A DNA stretch of 20,000 nucleotides from an uncultured virus (IMG/VR IMGVR_UViG_3300043037_000115) (IMGVR_UViG_3300043037_000115), one strand, 5' to 3'. Positions 1 to 8,971 are shown, counted from the first letter of the stretch. The notes: generated from the sequence alone by a model not told the origin. Made by a program: numbers and translations.

Positions 1-423
1 GGGCACGTCCACAGTGCCGACAGTGCAGCCGGTCTTGGCCAGAATAAGCCGGGCAAGTACATCGGCCGTTTCATCCATGTAGGCTTCCGTTACACGGGTA
101 CGCATGAAAGGCGCGAACTCCGGGCCAAGCACCTGCACAGTAAGCTGGTCGCGGTTACGGCCAAACCCCGGCCGCCATCCATCCACAAGACCGGTCCATT
201 CCCGCGCGGGCTGGCCCCGGTAACCGAAGCGGACAGACACGTGCTGACCAGGTTTCACGCGCTGCATCAATACGCCTTCAGGATCAGGCACATCAATCTC
301 GCCGTAACTGGTAACGGTATGGCGGTCGAAGGAAACAACACACCGGGGGCAACGGGCCACCACCATACCGTCAATGACGACACGGACATTGATTCCGGCT
401 ATAGTGTTTTGTTGCAGGCTCAT
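1..423 (-). CDS. Tail/baseplate hub protein (Mu gp44 / P2 gpD-like), N-terminal part; runs off the window
   Basis: Not in the ORF track; translated by hand. ATG at 423 overlaps the upstream TGA (TGATG) and the frame is open to base 1: MSLQQNTIAGINVRVVIDGMVVARCPRCVVSFDRH...VSVRFGYRGQPAREWTGLVDG... The 'V.FGY.G....W.G.VD' pattern and the position two genes after the tape measure fit gpD-like hubs. Confidence 0.6.
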   Translation of the reverse strand, partial: MSLQQNTIAGINVRVVIDGMVVARCPRCVVSFDRHTVTSYGEIDVPDPEGVLMQRVKPGQHVSVRFGYRGQPAREWTGLVDGWRPGFGRNRDQLTVQVLGPEFAPFMRTRVTEAYMDETADVLARLILAKTGCTVGTVDVP

Positions 424-938
424 CAGCGGCCCCCCAGTATACTGGGAGAAAGCCCCGGTTCTGTGGTCGTGGAACTGGTGGGCGCTGCACCGGCTACGCC
501 GGTCGCCCGCTGCTCGGAAATCTGAATAGGCGGACGATGCTCCATGAAGCGCAACGTCGCCTCAACAGTGTCGTCATTGTTGCCTTCGCTGGAATCAAGC
601 GAATCAAAGACCACCTGATCCACATCCCGCGCGGCAAGATGCGGATTGGCCACCCGCAGCACTCGGGGGTTGGCGGCATTGTCATGGCCCTTGAACAGGC
701 GGTTCAGTTCGGCCAGCTTGTCAAAGCAATCACTGTCATCGTCTGTGAGCAGAAGCAGCGATATTGAAACCTCGCTATCTTCCCAGCCCATGGGGGTTTT
801 GGTCTTGCCGGAAAGGCCATCCTGCAGGGCTTCGTCGTACCGGACTCTGCCGCCAACACTCAGGCGTTGCAGGACACCCGGCACGAGGGTATCGCCGAGG
901 CGGATCTCGCCGTGCTCGAAGGTCAGCAGGCCATCCAT
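423..938 (-). CDS. Phage tail protein following the tape measure (probable tube-initiator/baseplate component), 171 aa
   Basis: Starts 1 nt after the tape measure stop with AAGGAGG upstream. Function inferred from synteny only. Confidence 0.6.
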   Translation of the reverse strand: MDGLLTFEHGEIRLGDTLVPGVLQRLSVGGRVRYDEALQDGLSGKTKTPMGWEDSEVSISLLLLTDDDSDCFDKLAELNRLFKGHDNAANPRVLRVANPHLAARDVDQVVFDSLDSSEGNNDDTVEATLRFMEHRPPIQISEQRATGVAGAAPTSSTTTEPGLSPSILGGR

Positions 939-939
939 G

Positions 940-3147
940 CTATGCCTCCTTCACCTGGCTGAGTCCGGACGCGGAACCGTCGAATTCCGCCACGAGACGT
1001 TGCAGCGCCGCCACGAAGCCTTCCCCGTCCTTCACACCGGGCAGGGTTACGGACAGATGCTGGATTACGACACGGCCGCTCTCACGGCTGGCCTGCTCAC
1101 GCCTCTGACCGGCTTGCGCTCCCTTGGCGTTGGCAGCTGCGGTATTAGGGGCCTGCCCGGTGACAATAGCCACGCCGGAAAGCGCATCTACCGCCGTGGC
1201 CCGCAACCGCGGTGCGGCACCGGTGATGCCTTCACCCAGCGTATCCATGACCTTCTGGCCAGAGAGTGTGAGCTGAGACAGCGGGCCTTCCCTGGCATCT
1301 GAAAACGGCAACAGATTACGCACCCGGCCAAGGATGGAGGAGACAGCTTCAAACGGAGCCCTGGCCATGGAGGTAATGCCGTCCACAAAGGTGCCGATGA
1401 GCCTGCGGCCCGACTCGTATAGAGAAATATCCCCTTTGAAGTAGCTGATCATGGTGCCTATGGCGCTGGTGACCATTTTGATGGGGGTAACGGCTACACG
1501 CACAGCCGCAGCCAGCAAGCGAAAGGCCCCGCCTACCACCACGCCCACAAAATTACCCAAAACACGCCACCAGTTGATAGTGTCTGCAGAGCCGAACACG
1601 TCATCATCGGATCCGAACACGGCAGAATATGCTTCCTTGATGACTGTAAATGCCTCAGCAATCACCGCTCCGGCCTCGTGAAAGGAATCCCCGATCTTAT
1701 TAAAAGAAGCGCCCAGATCTCCGCCCACCACTTCCACAAAATCCATAATGCCTGACCGCAGCCATTCAAAAATGGAGATGAGCGGCTTGAACACCCCCTT
1801 CAGTTTGTCCCAATACGCGATAACAAGCACGGCCCCGGCGATGAGCCCGGCCACGAGCAATCCGACCGGGTTGGCCAGCATGGCAATATTGAGTGCTCCC
1901 ATGGCAGCGGTCGCAGCCCATGTTGCAGCGCTGAACAGAGTGACGGCCACTATGACGGCGGCCAAGCCACCAGCCACGGCCAGCACGGCTTTGCCGACGG
2001 GGTGTGAGGCGAGCACATTGAGCCAGCCGACAAGGGTAGTTACAGCTCGAACGGCAATTGTAAGCGCCGGGGTGAATACTGAACCAATGCTGATGGACAG
2101 CCCCTCCCAGCCGGAACCGAGAATGGTGATGGAGCCCTTGAGGTTGTCCAACTGCCTGCTTGCCATCTCAGCTGCGGCACCGGCACTGGAACGCAGGGAG
2201 TCCGCATAGTTTCCAAGGCTGGTTACGCCCTTGCTCAGCAAGGCGGTAACGGAGCCGACTGCTTCTTCCCCAAAAATCTTCTTGAGGTACTCGGCCTTTT
2301 CGCCGGTTCCCATACCCGCCAATGCGCTTTCAAGGTTCCCCATTACAGACAGGAAGGGAAGCATGTTGCCCTGTGCATCACGAGTGTTTATGCCCAGCTT
2401 CTGCAATGCGGCGGCGGCTTCGCCGGTGGGAGCGGCAAGACGGGTAAACATGATTTTGGTTGCGGTGCCCGCCACGGCGGCGTTGATGTTGGCATCTGCC
2501 AGTTTGCCGGTTATGGCAGCTAGCAGCGCAAAATCTTCTCCAGAACTGGCGACAATGGCACCGGCGTTCTGAAGGGCCATGCCTAGCCCTTCCACATCAG
2601 TGGCACTTGTGGTGGATGTGGCGGCGATGATGTCCGCCACCTTTCCGGCCTTGGCCGCGTCCATCTGAAACGAGTTGAGCGCACCGGACGTGACCGTGGC
2701 CGCTGTGGCAAGATCGGTCTGCGCTGCTGCCGCCAGATCAAGCAGGCCGGGCATGGCTCCGACAATCTTGTTAGCAGTAAAGCCCTTCTTGGCCAGCTCC
2801 GTCTGCGCTTCCACAACCTGGGCCGCGGAGAAGGCTGTGCTGGCCCCCAGGTCAAGAGCTGACCGCTGCATCAGCTGCATATCGGAGGCGCTCGCCCGAC
2901 TGATTGCCCCAAGGCCGGATATGGCCGCCTCAAACTCTGCCGCAACACCGATAGCAGGGGCAAAGGCCCCTAACACCACCCCGGCGGCTAACGCTAAAGG
3001 CAGCAGCTTCTTGGTCAGGTTGCCCATGGACTGAGACAGCGACGACCCTTCCGAGCGGGTGGCGCGGAATGAATCCCGAACCCGCTTGAGCGGGCCGGAG
3101 ATGTTGTCCATCAGGCTGAATGTGGCGAAGACGTCGAAGACTTCCAT
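940..3147 (-). CDS. Tail tape measure protein (TP901-like core), 735 aa
   Basis: Ala/Gly-rich with TMP core motifs (ALDLGASTAFSAAQV, MPGLLDLAAA, NLKGSITILGSGWEG, ANPVGLLVAGL) and hydrophobic segments; follows the tail chaperones. Confidence 0.95.
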   Translation of the reverse strand: MEVFDVFATFSLMDNISGPLKRVRDSFRATRSEGSSLSQSMGNLTKKLLPLALAAGVVLGAFAPAIGVAAEFEAAISGLGAISRASASDMQLMQRSALDLGASTAFSAAQVVEAQTELAKKGFTANKIVGAMPGLLDLAAAAQTDLATAATVTSGALNSFQMDAAKAGKVADIIAATSTTSATDVEGLGMALQNAGAIVASSGEDFALLAAITGKLADANINAAVAGTATKIMFTRLAAPTGEAAAALQKLGINTRDAQGNMLPFLSVMGNLESALAGMGTGEKAEYLKKIFGEEAVGSVTALLSKGVTSLGNYADSLRSSAGAAAEMASRQLDNLKGSITILGSGWEGLSISIGSVFTPALTIAVRAVTTLVGWLNVLASHPVGKAVLAVAGGLAAVIVAVTLFSAATWAATAAMGALNIAMLANPVGLLVAGLIAGAVLVIAYWDKLKGVFKPLISIFEWLRSGIMDFVEVVGGDLGASFNKIGDSFHEAGAVIAEAFTVIKEAYSAVFGSDDDVFGSADTINWWRVLGNFVGVVVGGAFRLLAAAVRVAVTPIKMVTSAIGTMISYFKGDISLYESGRRLIGTFVDGITSMARAPFEAVSSILGRVRNLLPFSDAREGPLSQLTLSGQKVMDTLGEGITGAAPRLRATAVDALSGVAIVTGQAPNTAAANAKGAQAGQRREQASRESGRVVIQHLSVTLPGVKDGEGFVAALQRLVAEFDGSASGLSQVKEA

Positions 3148-3148
3148 G

Positions 3149-3355
3149 TTACTTGGCTCCCATAAGGGTGGCGATCAGGTTGGCGGTGACGGCTCCCTGC
3201 TGCCGCAGAATGCGTGCTTCCAGTTCCAGCGCTCTGGCTATCTGCTCCCCGAACTCCTCCATATCCTCGGCGGGTTCTTCCCTGAGCCAGTGGCGCACGA
3301 TATCGGCGTAGGCCAGAGCGGCGTTGCCACGCACCGCCGCTCTGGCTTGTTCTAG
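3149..3355 (-). CDS. Tail assembly chaperone T segment, reached by -1 frameshift from the G gene (GT fusion about 177 aa)
   Basis: The -1 frame is open from the slippery site (GGG AAA CTA GAA CAA GCC AGA GCG GCG GTG CGT...) to TAA at 3149. It contains ORF 3149..3334, whose GTG lacks an obvious RBS and lies inside a hairpin loop. Confidence 0.8.
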   Translation of the reverse strand, partial: LEQARAAVRGNAALAYADIVRHWLREEPAEDMEEFGEQIARALELEARILRQQGAVTANLIATLMGAK

Positions 3356-3361
3356 TTTCCC
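3312..3361 (-). promoter_or_regulatory. Programmed -1 ribosomal frameshift signal: slippery heptamer G GGA AAC plus downstream 12-bp hairpin
   Basis: The heptamer is at 3361-3355, in frame and immediately before TAG. After an 8-nt spacer comes GCCAGAGCGGCG-(11 nt)-CGCCGCTCTGGC (3346-3312). Confidence 0.88.
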
Positions 3362-3681
3362 GGTTCAACCACTCCCGCGCCGCATTTTTTGAACACAGCA
3401 TCGGCAAAGCTCATGGCCAGCATGGGTTCATCACGGATAATTTCGGCAATCCGCTCCTTCTCATCCGGGTGAATAATCTGACGCAGAGTATTGCACATTG
3501 TGTCGAACTGTTTGGCCTTTTCCACCTTGGCGATGACGGTGAGTTCCTTACGGCCAGGACGACGAAAACGCAGAGTGATATGCTGGTCATTGCCGTCGAA
3601 GTCTTCATAGTCCGCGGTGAAAGGGCGGTATTTATCGCTTGTGATTGCCATGTCGTTCAATTCACTTTTGGGTTCTGCCAT
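3352..3681 (-). CDS. Tail assembly chaperone G, 109 aa
   Basis: Lies between the tube and tape measure genes, has GGAG upstream, and ends in the slippery sequence (...EPGN*). Confidence 0.85.
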   Translation of the reverse strand: MAEPKSELNDMAITSDKYRPFTADYEDFDGNDQHITLRFRRPGRKELTVIAKVEKAKQFDTMCNTLRQIIHPDEKERIAEIIRDEPMLAMSFADAVFKKCGAGVVEPGN

Positions 3682-3693
3682 CAGGCCTGCTCC

Positions 3694-4134
3694 TTATTTG
3701 TAGTCCGCCACACCATCGCGCATGATCATCTGCGCGGTGCCGGACAGCTTGACGGTTACTTCTTCATCGCCCTGCTTGGTTCCTTCATCCACATCGTCGA
3801 TGAGAATTCCCTTCAGGATAACTTCGTGCTGTTTGGCGCCGTCCGGTTCGAAAGCGAGGGCCACATCGAACACGGACTTGAAGATGCCGCCCCGTAATGC
3901 ACTGACAAGATCCTGATATTCGCTGACCAGCAGGATCATATCCACGCTGGCCTCATAGTTGCCGCGCGCAGCCCCTACGGAAACAGCACCCTTGCCGTAC
4001 ACACGTTTCTTTTTCTGACTGGCCTTCCAGTTAAGTTCACTGATTCCGACAAAGGCACCATGAGGACCGGTGATGCTCACGCTCTCCCAGTCGTGCACGG
4101 CACCGTTGACGGTGACGGTTGCGTTAGCTGTCAT
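3694..4134 (-). CDS. Tail tube protein, 146 aa
   Basis: Directly after the sheath, with RBS AGGAG. Size and sequence (HDWESVSI, VYGKG...RGNYEAS) are typical of contractile tail tubes. Confidence 0.85.
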   Translation of the reverse strand: MTANATVTVNGAVHDWESVSITGPHGAFVGISELNWKASQKKKRVYGKGAVSVGAARGNYEASVDMILLVSEYQDLVSALRGGIFKSVFDVALAFEPDGAKQHEVILKGILIDDVDEGTKQGDEEVTVKLSGTAQMIMRDGVADYK

Positions 4135-4144
4135 GGTCTAGCTC

Positions 4145-5836
4145 CTATGCCGCCATGCGCGGATCGAATTTGCCGCCCGCGTAGACGTAGGATGAAAACA
4201 GTTTGATGGTATCAATGATGGGGATGCCGATGAGGGTGGTTTCCGTGGCCACGCCATTGTTGACGAAATCCTGATCCATGGGGATTGAGACGGCATACCC
4301 GGCCAGCTCCTTGGGCTTGGCCTTGACCATGGTGTCCAGCGCATTTTCGAGATTGGCCCGCAGATAGGCTAAACCACTGGCATCAGCGCCTTGCAGCGGA
4401 TCACCCAGTTCATCCTTCAGGGACTTGAGCGCCTGAATACGCATGAGGCGCACCGCCTTGAAGGTTACCCGCAGCACTTCAAGGCGCTGATAGTCGCTTG
4501 TGGAATCCGCCATGGTCCGGGCTGTTCCCCAGTAGACGGCCTGCAACCCGGCGTACCGGGTAAGCGTGATGTATCCGGCTTCTTCCAGTTCGCTCTGCAT
4601 GGCCTCGGTGTAGCCTTCCGGCAGAGAGATGCCGGTAATGCCCTGGTCACGCACCCGGCCGATATCACGCTGCACAGGTACTTCCATGATACGCCCGGCC
4701 AGCAGTCCTCCGGCATTGCGGAGTTTGCGCAGGCCGGTGCGGTCGCTGATCTCGCCGAATCCCACGCACACACTGACGAAACGGTGGGCAAACCCCATAC
4801 GCTCCTGCTTCAGGGCTGTTACCCAGTCATTCAGGTCTTCACCGGCTGCGGGCAGTCTGCCCTCACACACAAAAAACGTAGGGCGGTGGCGGTTCCAAAG
4901 GTCGTCGGCCAGTGCGCCCATGGCAGCCCAATCCACGGAATCGGACGGACCGACCACATAGACGAATTCCGGGTCCACGGTTTCCAGCGGGATGGTCAGG
5001 GCGTCGATAACGTCCGCGATGGTAGGCACCGGGGCAAGCAGGTCGAACTGGTATGTGGTACCCAGCGGATAATCGCCCGCCGGACAGGTGATGGTAACGC
5101 CGGTGTCGGCCACAGGAATCTGACCATCCACCGGGATGGTGCGATACGGGCCGAAATTGTCGCCGCCATCCACGGAAAGGCGATACTGGCCTTCGTTGCG
5201 GTCACCGCCCTTGACGATCTGCAGCACCACTTCGGCCCCGGCCTTTACGGTTCCCGCTGCAGTGATCTCCGGCCCCAAACCGATGCGGGTAACAGGGCCG
5301 ATGGGACCACGCACCGAGTAGCGGTAGCGGTCGCCAGCCACGAGATTGCCCGCTGCCAGCACGATGGTGGTACCGGTATCGGCAACGCTGATCTGCCCAT
5401 TCGCAGGCACAGCTGCGGCTACCCCAAATGTTGCCCCGCCGTCCTTGCTCAACTTGCACGTGGCAACGCCGGGAGCACCGGCATCCACTATCTCGGCAAT
5501 CACATCGGCGTTGCCACCGGGAAGACCGCTTACATCGGCATCGGGACCAGTGCCGGTATGCTTGAGCGTGCTGATGGTGCCACCGGGCGACCCTGCCACC
5601 GGAACAGCCAGCACAGTGCTGTCCTGTCCGCCGGTGGCAAAGACATGCTGCAGGCGGTCTACCAGAGGGCCGGTACCCAGCAGGCCTGTCAGATCGCTAC
5701 GCTTACCCAGATAGTAGACCTTGCCTACTTCCCCGGCGCTGCATACACCGACAATAAGGGCCTTGCCGCTCACATCGCCGGGCACAAGGCCGCTGGTGCC
5801 GTCCACCAGAAATTCAAATACATCCTTACGGGCCAT
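4145..5836 (-). CDS. Tail sheath protein (DUF2586-like), 563 aa
   Basis: RBS GGAGG; C-terminal sheath-like motifs (GRV..G, L...GYITL.RY.G...YW, SDYQRLE..RV..KA.R); immediately upstream of the tube gene. Confidence 0.85.
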   Translation of the reverse strand: MARKDVFEFLVDGTSGLVPGDVSGKALIVGVCSAGEVGKVYYLGKRSDLTGLLGTGPLVDRLQHVFATGGQDSTVLAVPVAGSPGGTISTLKHTGTGPDADVSGLPGGNADVIAEIVDAGAPGVATCKLSKDGGATFGVAAAVPANGQISVADTGTTIVLAAGNLVAGDRYRYSVRGPIGPVTRIGLGPEITAAGTVKAGAEVVLQIVKGGDRNEGQYRLSVDGGDNFGPYRTIPVDGQIPVADTGVTITCPAGDYPLGTTYQFDLLAPVPTIADVIDALTIPLETVDPEFVYVVGPSDSVDWAAMGALADDLWNRHRPTFFVCEGRLPAAGEDLNDWVTALKQERMGFAHRFVSVCVGFGEISDRTGLRKLRNAGGLLAGRIMEVPVQRDIGRVRDQGITGISLPEGYTEAMQSELEEAGYITLTRYAGLQAVYWGTARTMADSTSDYQRLEVLRVTFKAVRLMRIQALKSLKDELGDPLQGADASGLAYLRANLENALDTMVKAKPKELAGYAVSIPMDQDFVNNGVATETTLIGIPIIDTIKLFSSYVYAGGKFDPRMAA

Positions 5837-5838
5837 GG

Positions 5839-6054
5839 TTACCTCCCGCCGCCGACACGGCGTTCGCGCAGCCGGGTGACTGCGGCATCAAATTCGGCCT
5901 TGGTAACAGCCTTGTCGCCCGTCCAGATCTCTGCGCGGAGCATGCCTGCGAGTTCCCACGGTTTCAGGCCGTGTATGGCAGCCAGTTCGGCCACCTGCTG
6001 CAATGCGGCGCGGTCTGAGCCGGAGAGCGGCTCATCTTTTTTTCCCTTACTCAC
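5839..6054 (-). CDS. Small phage protein preceding the sheath, 71 aa (start moved to GTG at 6054)
   Basis: AGGAGG lies 6 nt upstream of GTG at 6054, overlapping the end of the previous gene. It occupies the slot of Mu gp38. Confidence 0.65.
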   Translation of the reverse strand: MSKGKKDEPLSGSDRAALQQVAELAAIHGLKPWELAGMLRAEIWTGDKAVTKAEFDAAVTRLRERRVGGGR

Positions 6055-6589
6055 GTCCTGCCTCCTGATAGGTTGCATTAGGCGTTACATCCAGAATCCA
6101 CGGGGTTTCCGTGTCGTCCGTCAGCATGGCGCTGAATTCTATATGGTAAACTTTCGACCATTTCTTGAGCACCTCCACCAAAGCGGAAGTGAAACCCCGC
6201 CAATCCGCGCTGGATACGGAACACGTGACACGGTTGCCGGAAGGGTCGGCAAACTGTCGGGGCAAGGCCCGGACAAAGGATTCGCACAGGGTATCAAACG
6301 TGGACTCATCATTCGTCCACAGGGTGACGGTGATGGGCTGCCGCACCCGATACAGCCTGCGCCGCAGGGTGCGCTTTCGCTCCGGCTCTGCCGGAGACGC
6401 GAATTTACCCACAACGCCGCCCGCCTTATTCAAGCGCTGCGTCTCCCAACGGACATCGATGCGCGGCACCGGCAATGTGATGTCGTCAGCATCTTCGGGA
6501 TTCAGCACCACGGCCCCTTCCGGTATTCCGGCGGCCGCTGCGGCCCCTATGATCAGGTCGAAAAGGAAATTTCTCATATTGGTTGTCAT
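6047..6589 (-). CDS. Probable tail completion/terminator protein (Mu gp37-like position), 180 aa
   Basis: ATGA overlap with the upstream gene and position between head-tail connector genes and the sheath. Function inferred from synteny. Confidence 0.6.
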   Translation of the reverse strand: MTTNMRNFLFDLIIGAAAAAGIPEGAVVLNPEDADDITLPVPRIDVRWETQRLNKAGGVVGKFASPAEPERKRTLRRRLYRVRQPITVTLWTNDESTFDTLCESFVRALPRQFADPSGNRVTCSVSSADWRGFTSALVEVLKKWSKVYHIEFSAMLTDDTETPWILDVTPNATYQEAGRE

Positions 6590-7077
6590 CCACCCAGCAG
6601 GGCTTGGCGCATGTGCTGCACCATCATCTCCCGCACTTCCTTGACGTCTTCCCCGGACAGACCGAGGTAGGTACGCTCAGGTATCGTTACCTGATCAACT
6701 TGGGCAAAGCCGCCACCCGGCAACGGGAACTTGAGCTTGCCTTTCTTGCCCCTGATGGTTCCCCCGCGCTGATGGATGGCCGCATATTTCATGCTGGTGC
6801 CGATCGTGACCTTGGCCGGGCTGGCTGCGTACCCTATGGATTTTTTGAGAGTTCCCTTGTCCGTCAGGGTAACGCCGCCTTCGTTCCTGGCCCGGAGTGA
6901 TGGCTCCCATTTGGAACCGTCCGGGCGCTCCTGATCTTCAAAACGTTGCTGCGTACTGGAAACGAGCGCCTCGCCGATAGCATCGGCCAGCTGCTGGGTG
7001 CGCTGGGCATGCGATATGCCCGCATCCACGGCCCGCATCAGGCCGTCCATGGGCATGGAGAAGGATGCGCCAGCCAT
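6586..7077 (-). CDS. Phage virion morphogenesis protein (Mu gpG / P2 gpS-like), 163 aa
   Basis: Motifs RFEDQERPDGSKWEP, TLTDKGTL..SI, IGTSMKYAAIHQRGG and IPERTYLGLS are characteristic. Start placed at ATG 7077 (TGATG overlap, AAGGGG upstream). Confidence 0.9.
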   Translation of the reverse strand: MAGASFSMPMDGLMRAVDAGISHAQRTQQLADAIGEALVSSTQQRFEDQERPDGSKWEPSLRARNEGGVTLTDKGTLKKSIGYAASPAKVTIGTSMKYAAIHQRGGTIRGKKGKLKFPLPGGGFAQVDQVTIPERTYLGLSGEDVKEVREMMVQHMRQALLGG

Positions 7078-7508
7078 CAGCGCCACCCCTTGAGGTTCAG
7101 TGTTGCCGGACGCGTCACCACGGCCAGGGTGCCGTTGGCCCCTGTCGAAGGTTCCAGCCCCAGCTCATCCAGCCCCAGCTCCAGCTTGTTATCCCGGATC
7201 AGAGCCAAGTCCTTGCGGGCCTGCTTATAGAGATCCTGCAGCACCAGCAGCTTGTTGCCTGCGTTGGTGTCGTCCTTCACCGCCGTTATGCCGCCGATAG
7301 CTTCATACGCCGCCATGACAGCCGCCATGCGCTTGATGGTTTCAGGCACTGTGACGAGCGGCAGCACGTAATGACGGCGAAGAGCATCGTCGATGGCACC
7401 ACACACGCTGGCGATCTTTCGTCCCACGATGCCGGGCGTTACCTTGTCTGCCGCATCCAGATACGCGGCAGGAATGTAGTCGTGCAGGTCGTCTCGTTCG
7501 CAGTACAT
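7077..7508 (-). CDS. Head-tail adaptor, Mu gp36/gpJ-like (DUF1320), 143 aa
   Basis: Pattern MYC..DDL...IDD.L..Y.LPL..VP..IK......A.Y...YKQA.K.L..IRD.KL.LG; follows the capsid gene. Confidence 0.88.
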   Translation of the reverse strand: MYCERDDLHDYIPAAYLDAADKVTPGIVGRKIASVCGAIDDALRRHYVLPLVTVPETIKRMAAVMAAYEAIGGITAVKDDTNAGNKLLVLQDLYKQARKDLALIRDNKLELGLDELGLEPSTGANGTLAVVTRPATLNLKGWR

Positions 7509-7521
7509 GCTTGTTCCGGGC

Positions 7522-7543
7522 GTTTTGAACTAGTTTTGAACTA
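7522..7543. repeat. Perfect 11-bp tandem direct repeat GTTTTGAACTA x2
   Basis: Read directly at 7522-7532 and 7533-7543 in the intergenic gap between capsid and adaptor genes. Confidence 0.9.
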
Positions 7544-7570
7544 GTGTTACAGGTTCGACTCGGCCCGACA

Positions 7571-7599
7571 TCCAGAGGGCCTTGTTCAGGCCCTCTGGA
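7571..7599. other. Perfect 12-bp inverted repeat (stem-loop) after the major capsid gene
   Basis: TCCAGAGGGCCT-tgttc-AGGCCCTCTGGA, 22 nt downstream of the capsid stop; no U-tract on the minus strand. Confidence 0.8.
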
Positions 7600-7621
7600 G
7601 CGGTCTTCGCACAGTGGGGGA

Positions 7622-8611
7622 TTACGCGAGGACGGTGGCCTTGACCGTGGCCTCGGGGGCGACAGCCGGCAGCGGCTTGGATTCGCCGACCAGCAGGATG
7701 CCGGAAGGGTTGTCCCGCTTGATGGGCTTGATGAACATGGGCATGGCGTGCAGGTTGGCGTCCAGATCGTCCACGGGGCCGTAGAAGAAGGCCGTATTGC
7801 CGGTGGCAATCATGCGGACTTCCTTGTCGTCCAGCTTGGGCTTGGTGGTCTTGGTGGACGGGTCATAGTAGGTTTCGGCCATCTTGCGGATGGTGTGACC
7901 ACCAAGCGAGATGGAGCCGTCCTTTTCCACCAGAACGGGAATTTTGGGCTTGTCGGTGGCCTCAATGAGCTTGAGCACCGTGGAAAAAGCCAGTCTCCCG
8001 GCAAACGTGATCTTGGAACCGCCATACCCGGCCTTGTCGAGGTCCGTGGCCATGTCTTCCAACAATTCGTACACAATCATGAGACTCGCATCGGCATGGT
8101 CCCATTTCTCAGCAGCTGCCAAGGCATGATCGAGCGGAGCTCCGTAATCCACCTGATACGTGGTGAAAGAGCCGTTGGACTGCAGCAGAGGATAAGCAAT
8201 CCGGCCATCGAAGGCGGCCTGGGCGCAGAGAACTTCCGACGTGAGGCGGGCCGCCCTTCGCAGAGCCAGCTGCTTGCGATTGGACCACTGCTCCAGCGTG
8301 GTGGGGCTGGCGATCTTGAGGTTGTTAAGATCCACGGCGCTCAGCTCGTCATGGATACGCACCGGCAGGGGTTCGATGTAGGAGGTCTCAGTATCTTCGC
8401 CACGCAAGGGAATGGACGCACTGCCACGGCGCACAACCGGCACGGCACCTACAACCTGCTTGATGTCGGAGACAGGAATGACGGGGGATTCATAGTTCGC
8501 CCGCACGTCCGCCGGGAACAGCAGGTCCATGACCGTAGTGGTCAGAGGCGGAGCGGCCTCGAACCGCCTGGCGATACGAGCTGCGGTAAAATACGGCTTC
8601 AGATCAAACAT
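7622..8611 (-). CDS. Major capsid protein (lambda gpE-like family), 329 aa
   Basis: Size, position after the decoration gene, and motifs (VP.VRRG, E.LC.QA..G.I, C-terminal ESKPLP) typical of gpE-family capsids. Confidence 0.88.
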   Translation of the reverse strand: MFDLKPYFTAARIARRFEAAPPLTTTVMDLLFPADVRANYESPVIPVSDIKQVVGAVPVVRRGSASIPLRGEDTETSYIEPLPVRIHDELSAVDLNNLKIASPTTLEQWSNRKQLALRRAARLTSEVLCAQAAFDGRIAYPLLQSNGSFTTYQVDYGAPLDHALAAAEKWDHADASLMIVYELLEDMATDLDKAGYGGSKITFAGRLAFSTVLKLIEATDKPKIPVLVEKDGSISLGGHTIRKMAETYYDPSTKTTKPKLDDKEVRMIATGNTAFFYGPVDDLDANLHAMPMFIKPIKRDNPSGILLVGESKPLPAVAPEATVKATVLA

Positions 8612-8614
8612 GGG

Positions 8615-8971
8615 CTACACACTCTCCTCAGCGTAGATGTGGCGCTCTTCGAGTTTGACGAGGGTTGCGGCATCCGGTGCAGCGCCGCCGGACACGGTGA
8701 GCAGGTCGGCGCGGACGCGGCCCAGCACGCACAGGGAGATGCCGGGGTCGGTACCTGCCGCATTGCAGGTGGCCACGCCTTTGACAGTCTGCGCGGGGTC
8801 AGCCGCAGGGTCATAGATGACGGCTTTCCCCGCATCCAAAGCGACGACTGCGCCCATGGGGATGACGGCAGCGGCCTGCTTGGGGTATTCGCGTTCAATG
8901 TGCGGACCGGTACCGGTCGTGACACTGACGACCGTGTGGCTGGTACGCATGACTGCATCATGTACACTCAT
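8615..8971 (-). CDS. Head decoration protein, 118 aa
   Basis: Small Ala/Val/Gly-rich ORF between protease and capsid (IPMGAVVA...YDPAA...KGVA...VLGRV..DLL); RBS GGGGA. Confidence 0.7.
   Translation of the reverse strand: MSVHDAVMRTSHTVVSVTTGTGPHIEREYPKQAAAVIPMGAVVALDAGKAVIYDPAADPAQTVKGVATCNAAGTDPGISLCVLGRVRADLLTVSGGAAPDAATLVKLEERHIYAEESV

Noticed and set aside
4391..6670. 759-aa + strand ORF
   Set aside because: Antisense shadow of the sheath and neighbouring genes; no recognisable motifs or RBS. Long antisense frames are common in GC-rich coding DNA.
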